A DNA stretch of 64,000 bases from Lama glama (Eukaryota): assembly GCA_028534125.1 (NCBI GenBank), contig CM052816.1:90956001-91020000 (forward strand), written 5' to 3'. The notes under the pieces were generated by a model. It searched no databases. It saw only the letters and a program-made list of their open reading frames with translations, and was not told the DNA's origin. Both the position numbers and the translations under genes were made by a program. This document shows, piece by piece, positions 63,179 to 64,000 of the stretch (position 1 is its first letter; every line of letters begins with the position of its first letter).

Positions 63179-64000
63179 AGGCGGCCGCGAGCCCACGTGA
63201 ACTCAGCGTCTCCCCGCGCCGCCCCTGGTCACGAGTGCTCAGCCGGCGCTGGCGCCTGGAGCCCGAAGCGGGGCTGCCCAGGCTTCCTGGAAGCCCCTCG
63301 TTGGAGGGAGGTGTCTCGGGGACCTTTCGCCCTGTCCCCGCCAGTGATCGTGCATTAAGCTGTCAACCTTAACCCGATTTCCAAAGCTTTACTTCTCTTA
63401 GATGACCCAGGCCTTAAAAAGAGAGGAAATGAAACCCACGCTGCCACCAAAGCAGCCAGAAGTGCCTTAACTTGTGGAACAAACGCTAATCCACCTTAAC
63501 TGTGCTACTGAAGGGAGATGCTAACCCCCCTTCTGGGGGAGACTGACTAAGCTTGGGGGTGGGGGGACAGCATTTATCCATCACTTCTGCACTAACCTCC
63601 CAGCCTGATTTCCCCTTGGCGGGAAGGTGAGGGAGTGGGGGGAGGGGGCGGAGGGAGAGCGAGGGGACAGTCTATTTTAGTTGGAGTGCTGCGGGCAGCC
63701 TTCCTCGCGGGGACATGCAGTAACTTTTTCTCTTTGTCTCATCTTTTAAGTGTATGTGCCTGCCTGTGCATGCATGTGTTCATAAACCCATCACTTTAAT
63801 CACTGTTCCACGAGCATTGAAAGCAAAGGGAAAGAGGATGTGCAATGGTGTAACGTCTACATCTGAGTGGTTCAGCATAAGAGTCGTCACCTTTCCAAGG
63901 TGGTTTTATTAAAAAACCAGAATCCTGGATTTTCCTGTCTTCGCTGTATTTCGAAAGCCCCATTTTGAGTCAACTTTTGTTTTACAGGTAGCAACATCTG
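63179..64000 (+). other. MYO10: MYO10 3' UTR (probably continues beyond window)
   Basis: Directly follows the stop codon; free of obvious repeats; has miRNA seed matches and an ATTAAA at 63908-63913. Confidence 0.85.
63462..63469 (+). promoter_or_regulatory. miR-124 seed match GTGCCTTA in 3' UTR
   Basis: Exact complement of the miR-124-3p seed region. Confidence 0.55.

Noticed and set aside
63176..63181. Possible stop-codon readthrough
   Set aside because: Context is TGA-AGG, not the TGA-CTAG readthrough motif

Overview
Mammalian genomic DNA, most likely a camelid (alpaca or camel, judged from Vic-1-like tRNA-derived SINEs and the absence of Alu, B1 and Bov-tA). It holds the 3' two-thirds of MYO10 (myosin-X) on the + strand. 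Bases 1-28513 are one long intron (intron 19 by human numbering) with no motor-domain exons. Then 22 coding exons (28514-63178; human exons 20-41) join in phase into a 4221-nt frame (1406 aa + TGA): end of motor and converter, 3 IQ, SAH/coiled coil, PEST, split PH1 around PH2, PH3, MyTH4, FERM. About 820 nt of 3' UTR follows. The first exon starts exactly on the ATG of the known 'headless' Myo10 isoform. The most interesting unexplained signals are three candidate alternative first exons or promoters in the long intron (RFX X-boxes, a forkhead+X-box pair, a CCAAT box, strong GTAAGT donors; two would add in-frame N-terminal residues). Also notable: a 92-nt GC-AG intron, an apparently circularly permuted L1 fragment, and a possible intronic poly(A) site after the SAH exon. 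I found no evidence of a wholly new biological system. Two assembly gaps are present. Repeat family names and human comparisons are from memory, not from searches.
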